Below are positions 16,556-25,087 of a stretch of 27,976 bases of DNA, one piece after another (the first letter of the stretch is position 1; every line of letters starts with the position of its first letter). The position numbers were made by a program, and so were the translations under genes. This DNA is from Candidatus Eiseniibacteriota bacterium (GTDB lineage: Bacteria > ARS69): contig JBQTGV010000037.1 in assembly GCA_052390515.1 (NCBI GenBank), positions 1 to 27,976 on the forward strand, written 5' to 3'. The notes under the pieces were generated by a model. That model did no database searches, was not told where the DNA came from, and worked only from the letters and a program-made list of their open reading frames with translations.

Positions 16556-17491
16556 ATGGAACACTCCATGGTCGAAGCACAGGCCGGACGAGCGTGCCTC
16601 CTCTGCGGAGGCGAAGCGCACGACGTGGTCTTCCGCGAGTTCGGCGTGGACGTGCTGCGCTGTCGCCGGTGCGCGCACGTGTTCTCCGCGCACGACGGGG
16701 CCTCGGACTACGAGGGTTACTGGGGCGACCGGGTGGTGGACGCCGGCGAGTTCTATTGGGACCGGGCGCACGGCGCCATCTGGCAGGACTTCTTCGCGCG
16801 CTTCGTCGCCGGACGGCCTCCCGGGCGCCTCCTCGACGTGGGATGCGGGCTCGGCTACTTCGTCCGTGCGATGCAGCGCTCCTTTCCGGAGTGGGAGACC
16901 GAGGGCTGGGAGATCTCCCCTGCCGCGGTCCGCCATGCCCGAGAGGTGCTGGCCGTGCGGAACGTGCACCAGGGGCGGATCGAGCCGGGGACGCTCCCGG
17001 AGGGCCGCTTCGACGTCGTGACCCTGTGGGACGTTCTGGAGCATCTGCGGGAACCAGATCCGCTCCTGCGCGCCCTGCGCGCCGCGTTGAAACCGGACGG
17101 CCGCCTGTACCTGCACACTCCGAACGTGGACGTGCAAGTCCCCAAGGCGAAGATCAAGCGGCTGCTCCGCGGCATGAAGGCGGGCGTGCACTATCTGGAG
17201 GCGCGCGATCACCTGCATCTCTACTCGCCGAGGACGGTCCGCATGCTCCTCGAGCGATGCGGCTTCGCCGACGTGTCCGTGTTCCACCAGCGCCCGATCC
17301 AGTCGGTGAGCGGGTCGCGCAGCGCCCTGCTGCGCGCGGCGAAGAACGCGGGCTTCGCGGGGGCCCGCGTCCTCGACGGCGTGACCGGCGGTCGCCTCAA
17401 CCTGGACAACCTGCACGTCACGGCGCGTCGTCCCGCGACCGTCCCCGTAGCGCAGGCCGGTGTGCCGCGCACGCCGGGCTCGCCCGCGTGA
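16556..17491 (+). CDS. Class I SAM-dependent methyltransferase with N-terminal zinc-ribbon (glycan-locus type)
   Basis: CLLC...CRRC, LLDVGCGLGYF, FDVVTLWDVLEHL, ALKPDGRLYLHTPN, HLHLYS. Confidence 0.9.
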   Translation: MEHSMVEAQAGRACLLCGGEAHDVVFREFGVDVLRCRRCAHVFSAHDGASDYEGYWGDRVVDAGEFYWDRAHGAIWQDFFARFVAGRPPGRLLDVGCGLGYFVRAMQRSFPEWETEGWEISPAAVRHAREVLAVRNVHQGRIEPGTLPEGRFDVVTLWDVLEHLREPDPLLRALRAALKPDGRLYLHTPNVDVQVPKAKIKRLLRGMKAGVHYLEARDHLHLYSPRTVRMLLERCGFADVSVFHQRPIQSVSGSRSALLRAAKNAGFAGARVLDGVTGGRLNLDNLHVTARRPATVPVAQAGVPRTPGSPA

Positions 17492-18606
17492 ACCGCCGTC
17501 TCGATCGCCTCGTCGGAGTGCCGCTCGTCGCCGCGCTCTCGGTCTTCGCCGCGCGCCACCGCGGCATCCCGTCCGCCCCCGCGCGGATCCTAGTCATCAA
17601 GCTCGCCGCGGCGGGAGACACGGTGCTGCTCGTTCCCACGCTCCGCGCCCTCCGGCGCAGGTTTCCCGCCGCGCACATCCACTGGCTGGTCTCCCCCGTC
17701 AACGAGGAGCTCGCGCGGACGGTTCCGTACGTCGACGGCTGGACGGCGTGGGATGGACGGTTCGGCAGCCTCGCGAAGCTGGTCGCGCAGTTGCGGGACC
17801 TGCGCTTCGACGTCGCGCTGGACTTCGAGCAGTGGGCGCGCGGCAGCGCCCTGCTGGCGTTTCTCTCCGGCGCCCCGGTCCGGCTGGGGTTCGACACGCC
17901 GGGGCAGTCCCGGGCGGGCCTCTTCACGCGCGCCTGCCCCAAGTCGTCGGGCCGGCACGAGCTGCTCGAGTTCCTCTCGGTGGCGTCGCTCCTCGCCGAA
18001 GTGGACTTGGACACCACCCTCGAGCTGTGGGAGACCGAAGCCGGGCGCGCCGAGCTGCAGCGCGCCACGGACGGCCACGACTGGGAGGCGGAGCGCGGGC
18101 CGCGCATCGTGCTCCACCCCGGTTGCGGCACGGACGGAGCGCCCCGCGAATGGCCGCTCGATCGATACGCGGAGCTCGGCAGCTGGCTCGAGCGCACGCG
18201 CGGTGCGCGGCTCTTCCTGACGGGAGGCCCGGACGAGGTGGAGAAGACCGACCGTCTCGCCCGGGCGCTGCACGGGCGGGCGCTGGACCTGGGCGGCGGG
18301 CTGTCGTGGCCGGGGACGATCTCGCTGGTGCGTCGCGTCGACCTCGTGGTCTCCGGCAACACCGGCATCATGCACGTGGCCGCGGCGCTGGCGAAGCCGC
18401 AGGTCGCGTTGCACGGTCCGACCAACCCGCTGCTCTGGGGGCCGAGGAACCCGCGCGCACGCGTGCTGCAGGCGGACCTGCCCGCCGGTCCTTCGCTGGT
18501 TCTCGGCTTCGAGTACCGGCCGGAGGACCGTGACTGCATGAGGACCATCCGGCTCGAGCAGGTGACCGACGCGGTGGGTGCGCTGCTCGACGAACGGCGC
18601 GGGTGA
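17488..18606 (+). CDS. GT9 glycosyltransferase (heptosyltransferase family)
   Basis: ILVIKLAAAGDTVL, FDVALDF, LHPG...REWP, VVSGNTGIMHVAAAL, LHGPTNPLLWGP; GTGA overlap. Confidence 0.92.
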   Translation: MNRRLDRLVGVPLVAALSVFAARHRGIPSAPARILVIKLAAAGDTVLLVPTLRALRRRFPAAHIHWLVSPVNEELARTVPYVDGWTAWDGRFGSLAKLVAQLRDLRFDVALDFEQWARGSALLAFLSGAPVRLGFDTPGQSRAGLFTRACPKSSGRHELLEFLSVASLLAEVDLDTTLELWETEAGRAELQRATDGHDWEAERGPRIVLHPGCGTDGAPREWPLDRYAELGSWLERTRGARLFLTGGPDEVEKTDRLARALHGRALDLGGGLSWPGTISLVRRVDLVVSGNTGIMHVAAALAKPQVALHGPTNPLLWGPRNPRARVLQADLPAGPSLVLGFEYRPEDRDCMRTIRLEQVTDAVGALLDERRG

Positions 18607-18624
18607 GGCGCGTGCGCGCGAGCC

Positions 18625-19860
18625 TCAGCCGATCCCGGTGAGCTTCCCGGCCCACCGGCAGAGAGCCGCCGCCGCATCCATCGCCCACGCGAGCACGCGC
18701 TTCCCCCGGGCGCCGAGCCGCGGCGTGCCGCGCACGTACACCTTCATCAGGCGGAAGTTGTCGCGCAGGAACTCGGCGAAGGGAGGGCGCTTCTCGTCCA
18801 GCAGCAGCACCTGCTCCGCGTTCTCCGGACGGCGGAGCCAGTCGCGGTAGCAGCCCACGCCGTTCTCCCCGGGAGCCACGGCGAAGGGATCCGGGAACGC
18901 CTCTTGCAGATCGCGGCGGCGCCGGTAGAGGATCCGTTGCTTCTGCTCGATCTTCTCGCCGTTCTCGAAGTACCCGAAGCGCCACGGGATGGCGGCCATC
19001 TCGTCCTGCCCGTGCTTCGCGGACTCTTCGCGGTACCACGCGTCCAGGTCCCACGCGGCCGGCACGTCCTGAGCGTACTTCTCCAGCATCATGCGGCTCG
19101 CTCCGTTGTCCACGCCGGAGTAGTGGTGGAAGCCGAGCGGACGGCCGTCCACGCGGAAGCCCTCCGCGCGGCTGCCGCTGATCGCGCGGGTCGAGTAGTT
19201 CCAGGTGGCCACGTTGAACTCCGGATCGCGGACGATCCGGCAGTCCTCGAAGAACGCCGGGACGAAGTCCATCCAGCGCTGATCGGTGAAGAGACCGCGG
19301 GGAATGTCGTCGTGGCAGAAGAGCATCAGCCGATCGCACCACCACTCCACCAGGCGGCGTCCGGCCTCGTCGCGACGCAGTCCCAGGAAGCCGAGGTTGT
19401 AGATGCCGTGCGCCATCGAGGAGATCTCGTTGTCGACGACCCCGCTGGGGTTCCGATCCGGCTCGGACACGTGCGGGGTCATCACGATGCTGGCCCCGTC
19501 GAGCCGATCGAAGAGTCGATCGCAGCGGGAGAAGAAGACCACGTCCGGATCGAAGTAGAAGAAGCGCTGCGCGTCCCGCGTCTCGAACAGGCGGCGGAAG
19601 GCGAACGGCTTCACCGCGGTGCACAACTCCACCACGGAGTGGCCGAATGCCCAGGACTTCCACCGGTCGATGCCCAGATCCTCGATCCGGAGGACGGAGT
19701 CGAAGGGCTCGCGGGAGAGATCGAGCCACTCCGGCACGGCGTCCGCGAGCATCAGGTGCAGGCGAATCTCGGGGTGGTGCCGGCGGAGCGAGTGACCCAG
19801 CACGCGCGCCTTGGCGAGGTAGTTCAGGTTGGTGCTGGTGAACGCCTCGGAGGTGCTCAC
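18625..19860 (-). CDS. Putative GT-A (GT8-like) glycosyltransferase
   Basis: FTSTNLNYLAKARVL, ELCTAVKPF, YFDPD (DxD), MTPH, GIYNLGF, FTDQRWMD, NVATWN, FHHYSG; GTG 19860 overlaps the upstream stop. Confidence 0.8.
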   Translation of the reverse strand: MSTSEAFTSTNLNYLAKARVLGHSLRRHHPEIRLHLMLADAVPEWLDLSREPFDSVLRIEDLGIDRWKSWAFGHSVVELCTAVKPFAFRRLFETRDAQRFFYFDPDVVFFSRCDRLFDRLDGASIVMTPHVSEPDRNPSGVVDNEISSMAHGIYNLGFLGLRRDEAGRRLVEWWCDRLMLFCHDDIPRGLFTDQRWMDFVPAFFEDCRIVRDPEFNVATWNYSTRAISGSRAEGFRVDGRPLGFHHYSGVDNGASRMMLEKYAQDVPAAWDLDAWYREESAKHGQDEMAAIPWRFGYFENGEKIEQKQRILYRRRRDLQEAFPDPFAVAPGENGVGCYRDWLRRPENAEQVLLLDEKRPPFAEFLRDNFRLMKVYVRGTPRLGARGKRVLAWAMDAAAALCRWAGKLTGIG

Positions 19861-22169
19861 AGATGTCGCTCCACGGCCAGGTAGCCGCGGTCGGCCAGCC
19901 TCTTGAGCGCCGGCCGCCGCCGCACCTCGCGGGACAGCCGGACGATCCAGCGCAGCCGGAGGTCCTCGTCGAGCACGCGATGCGCCACCTGCAGCGCCTC
20001 TGCGGTCGTCGTCGCCACGGTTCCGTCGGCGTCCGCCCGGTCGGCGAAGAACTCCCGCAGTGCGCGGCTCCGCGACGTCACCCGCCGCACGTCGGCGAGG
20101 CCGAGCTTCTGCGCCAGACGGTAGTACTTGCGCTCGTCCAGGACCTTGCCGACGAGCGAGCGCATCTCTTCCAGGGACACACGCACGTCGATGCGCGCCT
20201 GCTCCCGGCGGAACGGGGGAAAGGACGCATCGATCTCGGCGGCGCGGCGGGCCTCCTCCTCCGGATCCGCCGGCACGCGGTACAGGGACGTGACGCGGTC
20301 GACCAGCCCGAAGTTCCGCCGCGATGCGTACCGCAGCCACAGATCCCAGTCCTCGAGCAAGGCCAGCTCCGGGTGGAAGCCCCCGAACTCGTCGAACAGC
20401 TCGCGGCGAAAAAGGACGGCCTGGATCGGGAAGAGGTTCCGCACCCAAAGGTCCTGGCGGTCGAAGGGCTCCCGCAGCGGGATGTCACGCTTCACCTCCT
20501 CGTAGCGGAACGGCGTGTACGAGTGCACGCGCGTGAAGGCCCGCTCGGCGACGGCGTAGGCCCCGGCGAGCTCCGGCCTTCGCTCCAGCTCGGCGACGAG
20601 CGTGGAGACGTGGTCGGGCAGCAGGCGGTCGTCGTCGTCCAGGAAGCCGGCGTACTTCCCCGATGCGATGGCCAGACCCCGATTCCCGGCCACGCAGCGC
20701 CCCACCTTCGGCAGCGGCTGGTACGTGAGGCGGACGTGCGGGGGCAGCCGCAGCGTGGCGAGCCAGTCCCGCGCCGCGCATCCGCCGTCCTCGACGACGA
20801 CGACCTCGAGATTCGGGTGGTCCTGCTGCAGGATGGATCCGACCGCCTCTTCCAGGCAGCCACGCCGTCCCTCGCAGGTGCGCACGATGAGGCTCGCGAG
20901 GGGAGCGGCGGGAGCGGACGTCCCGGACGGAGCACGTCGTTCGGGCTCGTCGAAGGGCGCCGGCTCTCGCGGGACCGACGCATTCTCGGAAGGGATCGGC
21001 GGGTGCTGCGCCGCCGGAGCCGCAGGCGGGCCTGACTTCACGCGCGCGAGCCATCGGTCGTACGCGCGGCGCCGGGCGCTGCCCGCCGGGAAGAGCACGT
21101 CCTTCGCCCGGCCGAGCGACCGGGCGAAGCGAACCGTCAGGCTCGACTCCACCGAATCGACGTACTCGCGATGCTCGCGAGCCAGCGCCGAGAACCTCGC
21201 CTCCGACGCCTCGTGGTCCCGCCGGGCCCGCTCCGTCTCGGCTTCCGCGGCCTCGATCCCCCACACGAGCTCGCGGATCCGCTTCGCCTGTTCCTCGATC
21301 GACCGCTGCGCGGCGACGCTCTCCGCCGGATCGCGCAGCTCGCCGACGACCCGGGCCATCTGCTCGAGCGCCGCCTCGCGCTCGGCCCCGACGACCCCCC
21401 CCGCGATCGGCCCGGAGCCGGTGTCGAGCAGCGCGCGCAGCCCCAGGTGGAGCAGGTTCGCGCGGAACGAGATCTCCGGTTCGACGATGGCCTGCTCCGG
21501 CGCTCCGACGTGATGGCGAAGGGAACCGTGGATACGACTCATCGCCTCCGCCCGCGCGCAGTCCGGGTCCAGCCCGCAGAACTCGGCCAGCTCCGCGAGG
21601 GTCTCGCCGGGATGCGCCAAGAAGTCCTCGTAGAACAGGAAGAAGCGGGCCGCACCGGCCGTGCCCAGCACCGCTTCGCGCGTGTACTCCACCCAGAGCT
21701 CCGATCCCCGGCGCAGCGGGAGCGCGTCCCGGCGCTGCAGCGACAAGGCGACCTCCAGCGGACTGCGCAGACACACGACGAAGCGAAGGTCCGGCAGGAG
21801 AGCGCGCCAGAACGGGAGCAGCAGCGTCGTCCGCGGGTCCTTCCAACCCCACGGCGAGCTGCTCCCGACCGAGGCTACGGCCTGCGCCGCCACCTCGCGG
21901 TGAGCGGCGAGGTGCTCCGACGTTTCCCAGCCGGCGAACCGCACCGGCGGCTCGCTCCAGGTGCCGCCGAGGGAAGCGAGCAGCGCCTCGTTGACCCCGA
22001 GGAAGCGCAGGTTCTCGAAGTGTCCTTCGGGGTTGGAGGGCTCCGCGCCGAGCACGTCGGCCTCGGCGCCGAGATGAAGGCCCGCGGCTTGCAGCACTCC
22101 CGCCACCATGGACGTACCGCTTCGGTGCATCCCGATGACGCAGACGGCGGAATGCGTGGCCTCGCTCAT
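19857..22169 (-). CDS. Sulfotransferase / coiled-coil / GT2 fusion protein (770 aa)
   Basis: GMHRSGTS (5'-PSB loop), NPEGHFE, WGWKDPRTTLL, RSPLEVALS (3'-PB); helical linker; GT2 motifs VVVVEDG, GFLDDDD, GGFHPELALLEDWDLWLR; ATG 22169 overlaps the rfbD stop. Confidence 0.88.
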   Translation of the reverse strand: MSEATHSAVCVIGMHRSGTSMVAGVLQAAGLHLGAEADVLGAEPSNPEGHFENLRFLGVNEALLASLGGTWSEPPVRFAGWETSEHLAAHREVAAQAVASVGSSSPWGWKDPRTTLLLPFWRALLPDLRFVVCLRSPLEVALSLQRRDALPLRRGSELWVEYTREAVLGTAGAARFFLFYEDFLAHPGETLAELAEFCGLDPDCARAEAMSRIHGSLRHHVGAPEQAIVEPEISFRANLLHLGLRALLDTGSGPIAGGVVGAEREAALEQMARVVGELRDPAESVAAQRSIEEQAKRIRELVWGIEAAEAETERARRDHEASEARFSALAREHREYVDSVESSLTVRFARSLGRAKDVLFPAGSARRRAYDRWLARVKSGPPAAPAAQHPPIPSENASVPREPAPFDEPERRAPSGTSAPAAPLASLIVRTCEGRRGCLEEAVGSILQQDHPNLEVVVVEDGGCAARDWLATLRLPPHVRLTYQPLPKVGRCVAGNRGLAIASGKYAGFLDDDDRLLPDHVSTLVAELERRPELAGAYAVAERAFTRVHSYTPFRYEEVKRDIPLREPFDRQDLWVRNLFPIQAVLFRRELFDEFGGFHPELALLEDWDLWLRYASRRNFGLVDRVTSLYRVPADPEEEARRAAEIDASFPPFRREQARIDVRVSLEEMRSLVGKVLDERKYYRLAQKLGLADVRRVTSRSRALREFFADRADADGTVATTTAEALQVAHRVLDEDLRLRWIVRLSREVRRRPALKRLADRGYLAVERHL

Positions 22170-23041
22170 GGGCGCCTCGGCGCGAGCCGCGAGAGGCAGC
22201 GCGCCAGCGCGTCCTCCCAGGACGGCATGGCCGGGATTCCTTCGCCGGCGAAGCGCGTGTCGACCAGCACCGAGTTCGCCGGTCGGGGGGCGGGCCGCGG
22301 GAATTCCGCCGTCGTGACCGCGGTCACCTTCACGGGCAGCCCGGCGCACTCGAAGATCGCCCGCGCGAACCCGCACCACGTCACGCGCCCGCGGTTGGTG
22401 ACATGGTAGATGCCGCCGCGGCCCTTCGCGGCGACGTCCAGCAGCGCCTCGGCGAGATCGGCGGCGAACGTGGGGCTGCCCTCCTGGTCGTCGACGACGC
22501 GGACTTCGCCCTTCTCCCGACCGAGGCGAAGCATGGTGAGCACGAAGTTCTTGCCGTGATCGGCGTAGACCCACGCGGTCCGCGCGATCGTTCCGCGGCT
22601 GCCGAGGATCTCCTGGACCGCCTCCTCCCCGGCGAGCTTCGAGCGCCCGTAGGCGGAGATCGGCGCCGGAGCATCGCCCTCGGTCCAGGGCTCCGTCCGA
22701 TTCCCGGCGAACACGTAGTCCGTCGAGACCATGACGAGCTTCGCGCCGCACTCCGCGCATGCCCGCGCGACGTTCGCCGTGCCCTCCCCGTTCACGTGCA
22801 TCGCCCGATCGGGATCGCCTTCGCAGCCGTCGACATCCGTCCAGGCGGCGCCGTGGATCACGACGTCGGCGCGCGCCGCGGCCACGACGCGACGTGTCGC
22901 ATTCGCGTCGGTGACGTCCAGCGCCACCCGGTCCCAGGGCACCAGGTCGAGCCCACGGCCGGCGGCAGCACGACGCACCTCCCGGCCGAGCATCCCGCCG
23001 GCACCCGTCAGAGCCACGCGCAGCGGGGTTCCCGGATCCAT
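22166..23041 (-). CDS. rfbD: dTDP-4-dehydrorhamnose reductase
   Basis: TGAGGMLG, AAWTDVDGCE, STDYVFAG, YGRSKLAGE, RTAWVY, VVDDQEGSPT, RPAPRPANS. Confidence 0.97.
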   Translation of the reverse strand: MDPGTPLRVALTGAGGMLGREVRRAAAGRGLDLVPWDRVALDVTDANATRRVVAAARADVVIHGAAWTDVDGCEGDPDRAMHVNGEGTANVARACAECGAKLVMVSTDYVFAGNRTEPWTEGDAPAPISAYGRSKLAGEEAVQEILGSRGTIARTAWVYADHGKNFVLTMLRLGREKGEVRVVDDQEGSPTFAADLAEALLDVAAKGRGGIYHVTNRGRVTWCGFARAIFECAGLPVKVTAVTTAEFPRPAPRPANSVLVDTRFAGEGIPAMPSWEDALARCLSRLAPRRP

Positions 23042-23047
23042 GAAGTC

Positions 23048-23081
23048 AGCATAGCCGGAAAGGCCCACGGCGGGATATCGT
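23048..23081. promoter_or_regulatory. Back-to-back -10 boxes, probable leaderless promoters
   Basis: Minus strand TATGCT (23053-23048) is 6 nt before the rfbD ATG; plus strand TATCGT (23076-23081) is 6 nt before GTG 23088; no SD for either gene. Confidence 0.55.
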
Positions 23082-23087
23082 GCCCTG

Positions 23088-23822
23088 GTGAACGCTCGGA
23101 AGCTCTTCGTCGGTCTCGGGATCCTGGCCGCCGCCGGCATCGCCGTCGTGGTCTGGATCGGCGGGTCGCTCGATTCGCTGGTGAAGGCGGGCGTCGAGAA
23201 GTACGGACCACGGATCACGCGCACCGAGGTAGCGCTGGCGTCGGTGAAGCTCGACATCCGCGGCGGACGCGGCACGCTGAAAGGGCTGCGCGTCGCCAAC
23301 CCGGCGGGCTTCTCCAAGGCGGACGCGCTCTCCCTCGGAGAGATCACGCTGGACCTGGACGTCAGCTCGCTCGGCAAGGAGCCGATCGTCATCGAGCAGC
23401 TGCGCGTCGCCGGACCGGAGCTCCTGCTCGAGGTGGCGAAGGGCGGCGGGACGAACCTCGGCCACCTTCGCGACGCGGCGGAGCAGTACGCGCCTCCTCA
23501 GGCCGGCGGCATCGACGGCAGCCTGAAGAGCCCGGATGGACCCATGCCGCGCCTGGTCGTGAAGAGGCTCGAGTTCGACGCCGGAACGATCCGGGTCGAC
23601 GCCACCGCTGTCGGCGGCACGAAGTCCGAGCGGGAACTCGGCTCGTTCACGCTGACCGATCTCGGCGGATCGAGCGGCGTGCCGGCCGACCGCCTCGGGC
23701 GGGAGATCCTTCGCACCCTCGTGCGCCGTGCCATCGAGGAGTCCGCCGGCGGTGAGCTGGAGCGCCTGGCCAAGGACAAGTTGAAGGACGCGGGTGGGCT
23801 CCTCCGGTCGCTCACGGACTAG
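23088..23822 (+). CDS. AsmA/DUF748-like membrane-anchored periplasmic protein
   Basis: N-terminal TM, then LDSLVKAGVEKYG, GTLKGLRVANPAGFS, EPIVIEQLRVAGPELLLE...TNL, typical of the AsmA-like N-terminal beta-taco region. Confidence 0.7.
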   Translation: MNARKLFVGLGILAAAGIAVVVWIGGSLDSLVKAGVEKYGPRITRTEVALASVKLDIRGGRGTLKGLRVANPAGFSKADALSLGEITLDLDVSSLGKEPIVIEQLRVAGPELLLEVAKGGGTNLGHLRDAAEQYAPPQAGGIDGSLKSPDGPMPRLVVKRLEFDAGTIRVDATAVGGTKSERELGSFTLTDLGGSSGVPADRLGREILRTLVRRAIEESAGGELERLAKDKLKDAGGLLRSLTD

Positions 23823-23851
23823 GAGCGTGCTGAAAGACAGCACCCTCCTAG
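23819..23851. repeat. CTAG-bounded hairpin (collapsed MITE-like remnant or terminator)
   Basis: CTAGGAGCGTGCTG-AAAGA-CAGCACCCTCCTAG, 13/14 inverted match, overlapping the TAG stop of the AsmA-like gene. Confidence 0.65.
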
Positions 23852-23864
23852 GACTTTGGAAGAT

Positions 23865-23943
23865 GGAGGCCGCTGAAAACCCTTCTTCCTTCCCCTCTCG
23901 CCCTGCCGGGCGGGAGCGGAACGGGTTTTCAGCAGCCTCCTAG
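23865..23943. mobile_element. MITE-like element with 18-bp terminal inverted repeats
   Basis: GGAGGCCGCTGAAAACCC ... GGGTTTTCAGCAGCCTCC (17/18 match); inner hairpin CTCTCGCCC-TGCC-GGGCGGGAG; right end CTAG; no coding capacity. Confidence 0.6.
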
Positions 23944-23997
23944 AGCTCTGTCTCGAAAGAAGTGATCAGATGGCCGAGCGCCGTAGCCGCCCGCCGC

Positions 23998-25065
23998 CTA
24001 CTCCGGGACCTGGATCTCGCAGTTGTCCCCGATCATGAAGCGGTAGGCGCGCGGCCGGGCCGGGCCTCCGGTGATGCGCGCGTCCTTGCCCACGAGGCTG
24101 CCTTCCATGCGGTGCCCCAGGCGTTCGATCGTCGAGTTCTCCAGCACGATGGAGAACTCGATCTCGGCGTGCTCGATGCGGCAGCCGCGCGAGATCGAGG
24201 TGAACGGCCCGACGTACGCGTCCCGGACCACCGTACCCGCGCCGATGATCAGCGGTCCGCGCAGCTCGGAGCGTTCGACGACCGCGCCCTCCTCGACGAT
24301 GACGTCGCCGTGAATGACCGACGCCGGATCCACCCGGCCGCGCACGTCCAGCGCGATCCCGGACAGCGCGACGCGGTTCGCCTCCAGCATGTCGTCGAGC
24401 TTCCCGGTGTCCTTCCACCAGCCCTTGATCACGTGGCTGCGCACGTCCAGACCCTGGTCGATCAGCCACTGGATCGCGTCGGTGATCTCCAGCTCTCCGC
24501 GCTTCGACGGGCGAATGGTGTTCACCGCTCGGAAGACGTTCGCGTCGAAGAGGTAGACGCCGACGAGCGCGAAGTCCGACTTCGGTTTCGCCGGCTTCTC
24601 CTCCAGGCGCACGACCTTGCCGTCCCGGATCTCCGCCACGCCGAACGCGGACGGGTTCGCCACCTTGGCCAGCAGGATCTGCGCGTTCGGCCGCTCGTCG
24701 CGGAACTCCTGCACGAACTGGCGGACGCCGTCGGCGATCAGGTTGTCGCCCAGGTACATCACGAAAGGATCCTTGCCGAGGAATCCCTCGGAGATCTTGA
24801 CCGCGTGCGCGAGGCCGTCGGGCGAAGCCTGGCGGATGTACGTGACGCGAACGCCCAGCGCCGACCCGTCGCCCACGGCGGCCCGGATCTCCGGCTCGGT
24901 GTCGCCGACGACGATCCCGATCTCCTCGATGCCGGCGTCTCGGATGGCCTCGATCCCGAAGAAGAGGATGGGCTTGTTCGCCACCGGCACGAGCTGCTTC
25001 GCCTGCGTGTAGGTGATGGGGCGAAGCCGACTGCCCTTCCCGCCGGCGAGGATCAGGCCTTTCAA
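23998..25065 (-). CDS. rfbA: Glucose-1-phosphate thymidylyltransferase, long form
   Basis: GLILAGGKGSRLRPIT, KQLVPVANKP, YLGDN, EEKP, SKRGELEITDA, WWKDTG, plus C-terminal beta-helix-like repeats; TTG start with SD GGGGAGG. Confidence 0.95.
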   Translation of the reverse strand: MKGLILAGGKGSRLRPITYTQAKQLVPVANKPILFFGIEAIRDAGIEEIGIVVGDTEPEIRAAVGDGSALGVRVTYIRQASPDGLAHAVKISEGFLGKDPFVMYLGDNLIADGVRQFVQEFRDERPNAQILLAKVANPSAFGVAEIRDGKVVRLEEKPAKPKSDFALVGVYLFDANVFRAVNTIRPSKRGELEITDAIQWLIDQGLDVRSHVIKGWWKDTGKLDDMLEANRVALSGIALDVRGRVDPASVIHGDVIVEEGAVVERSELRGPLIIGAGTVVRDAYVGPFTSISRGCRIEHAEIEFSIVLENSTIERLGHRMEGSLVGKDARITGGPARPRAYRFMIGDNCEIQVPE

Positions 25066-25087
25066 CGAGTCCGACCTCCCCTGCGCC

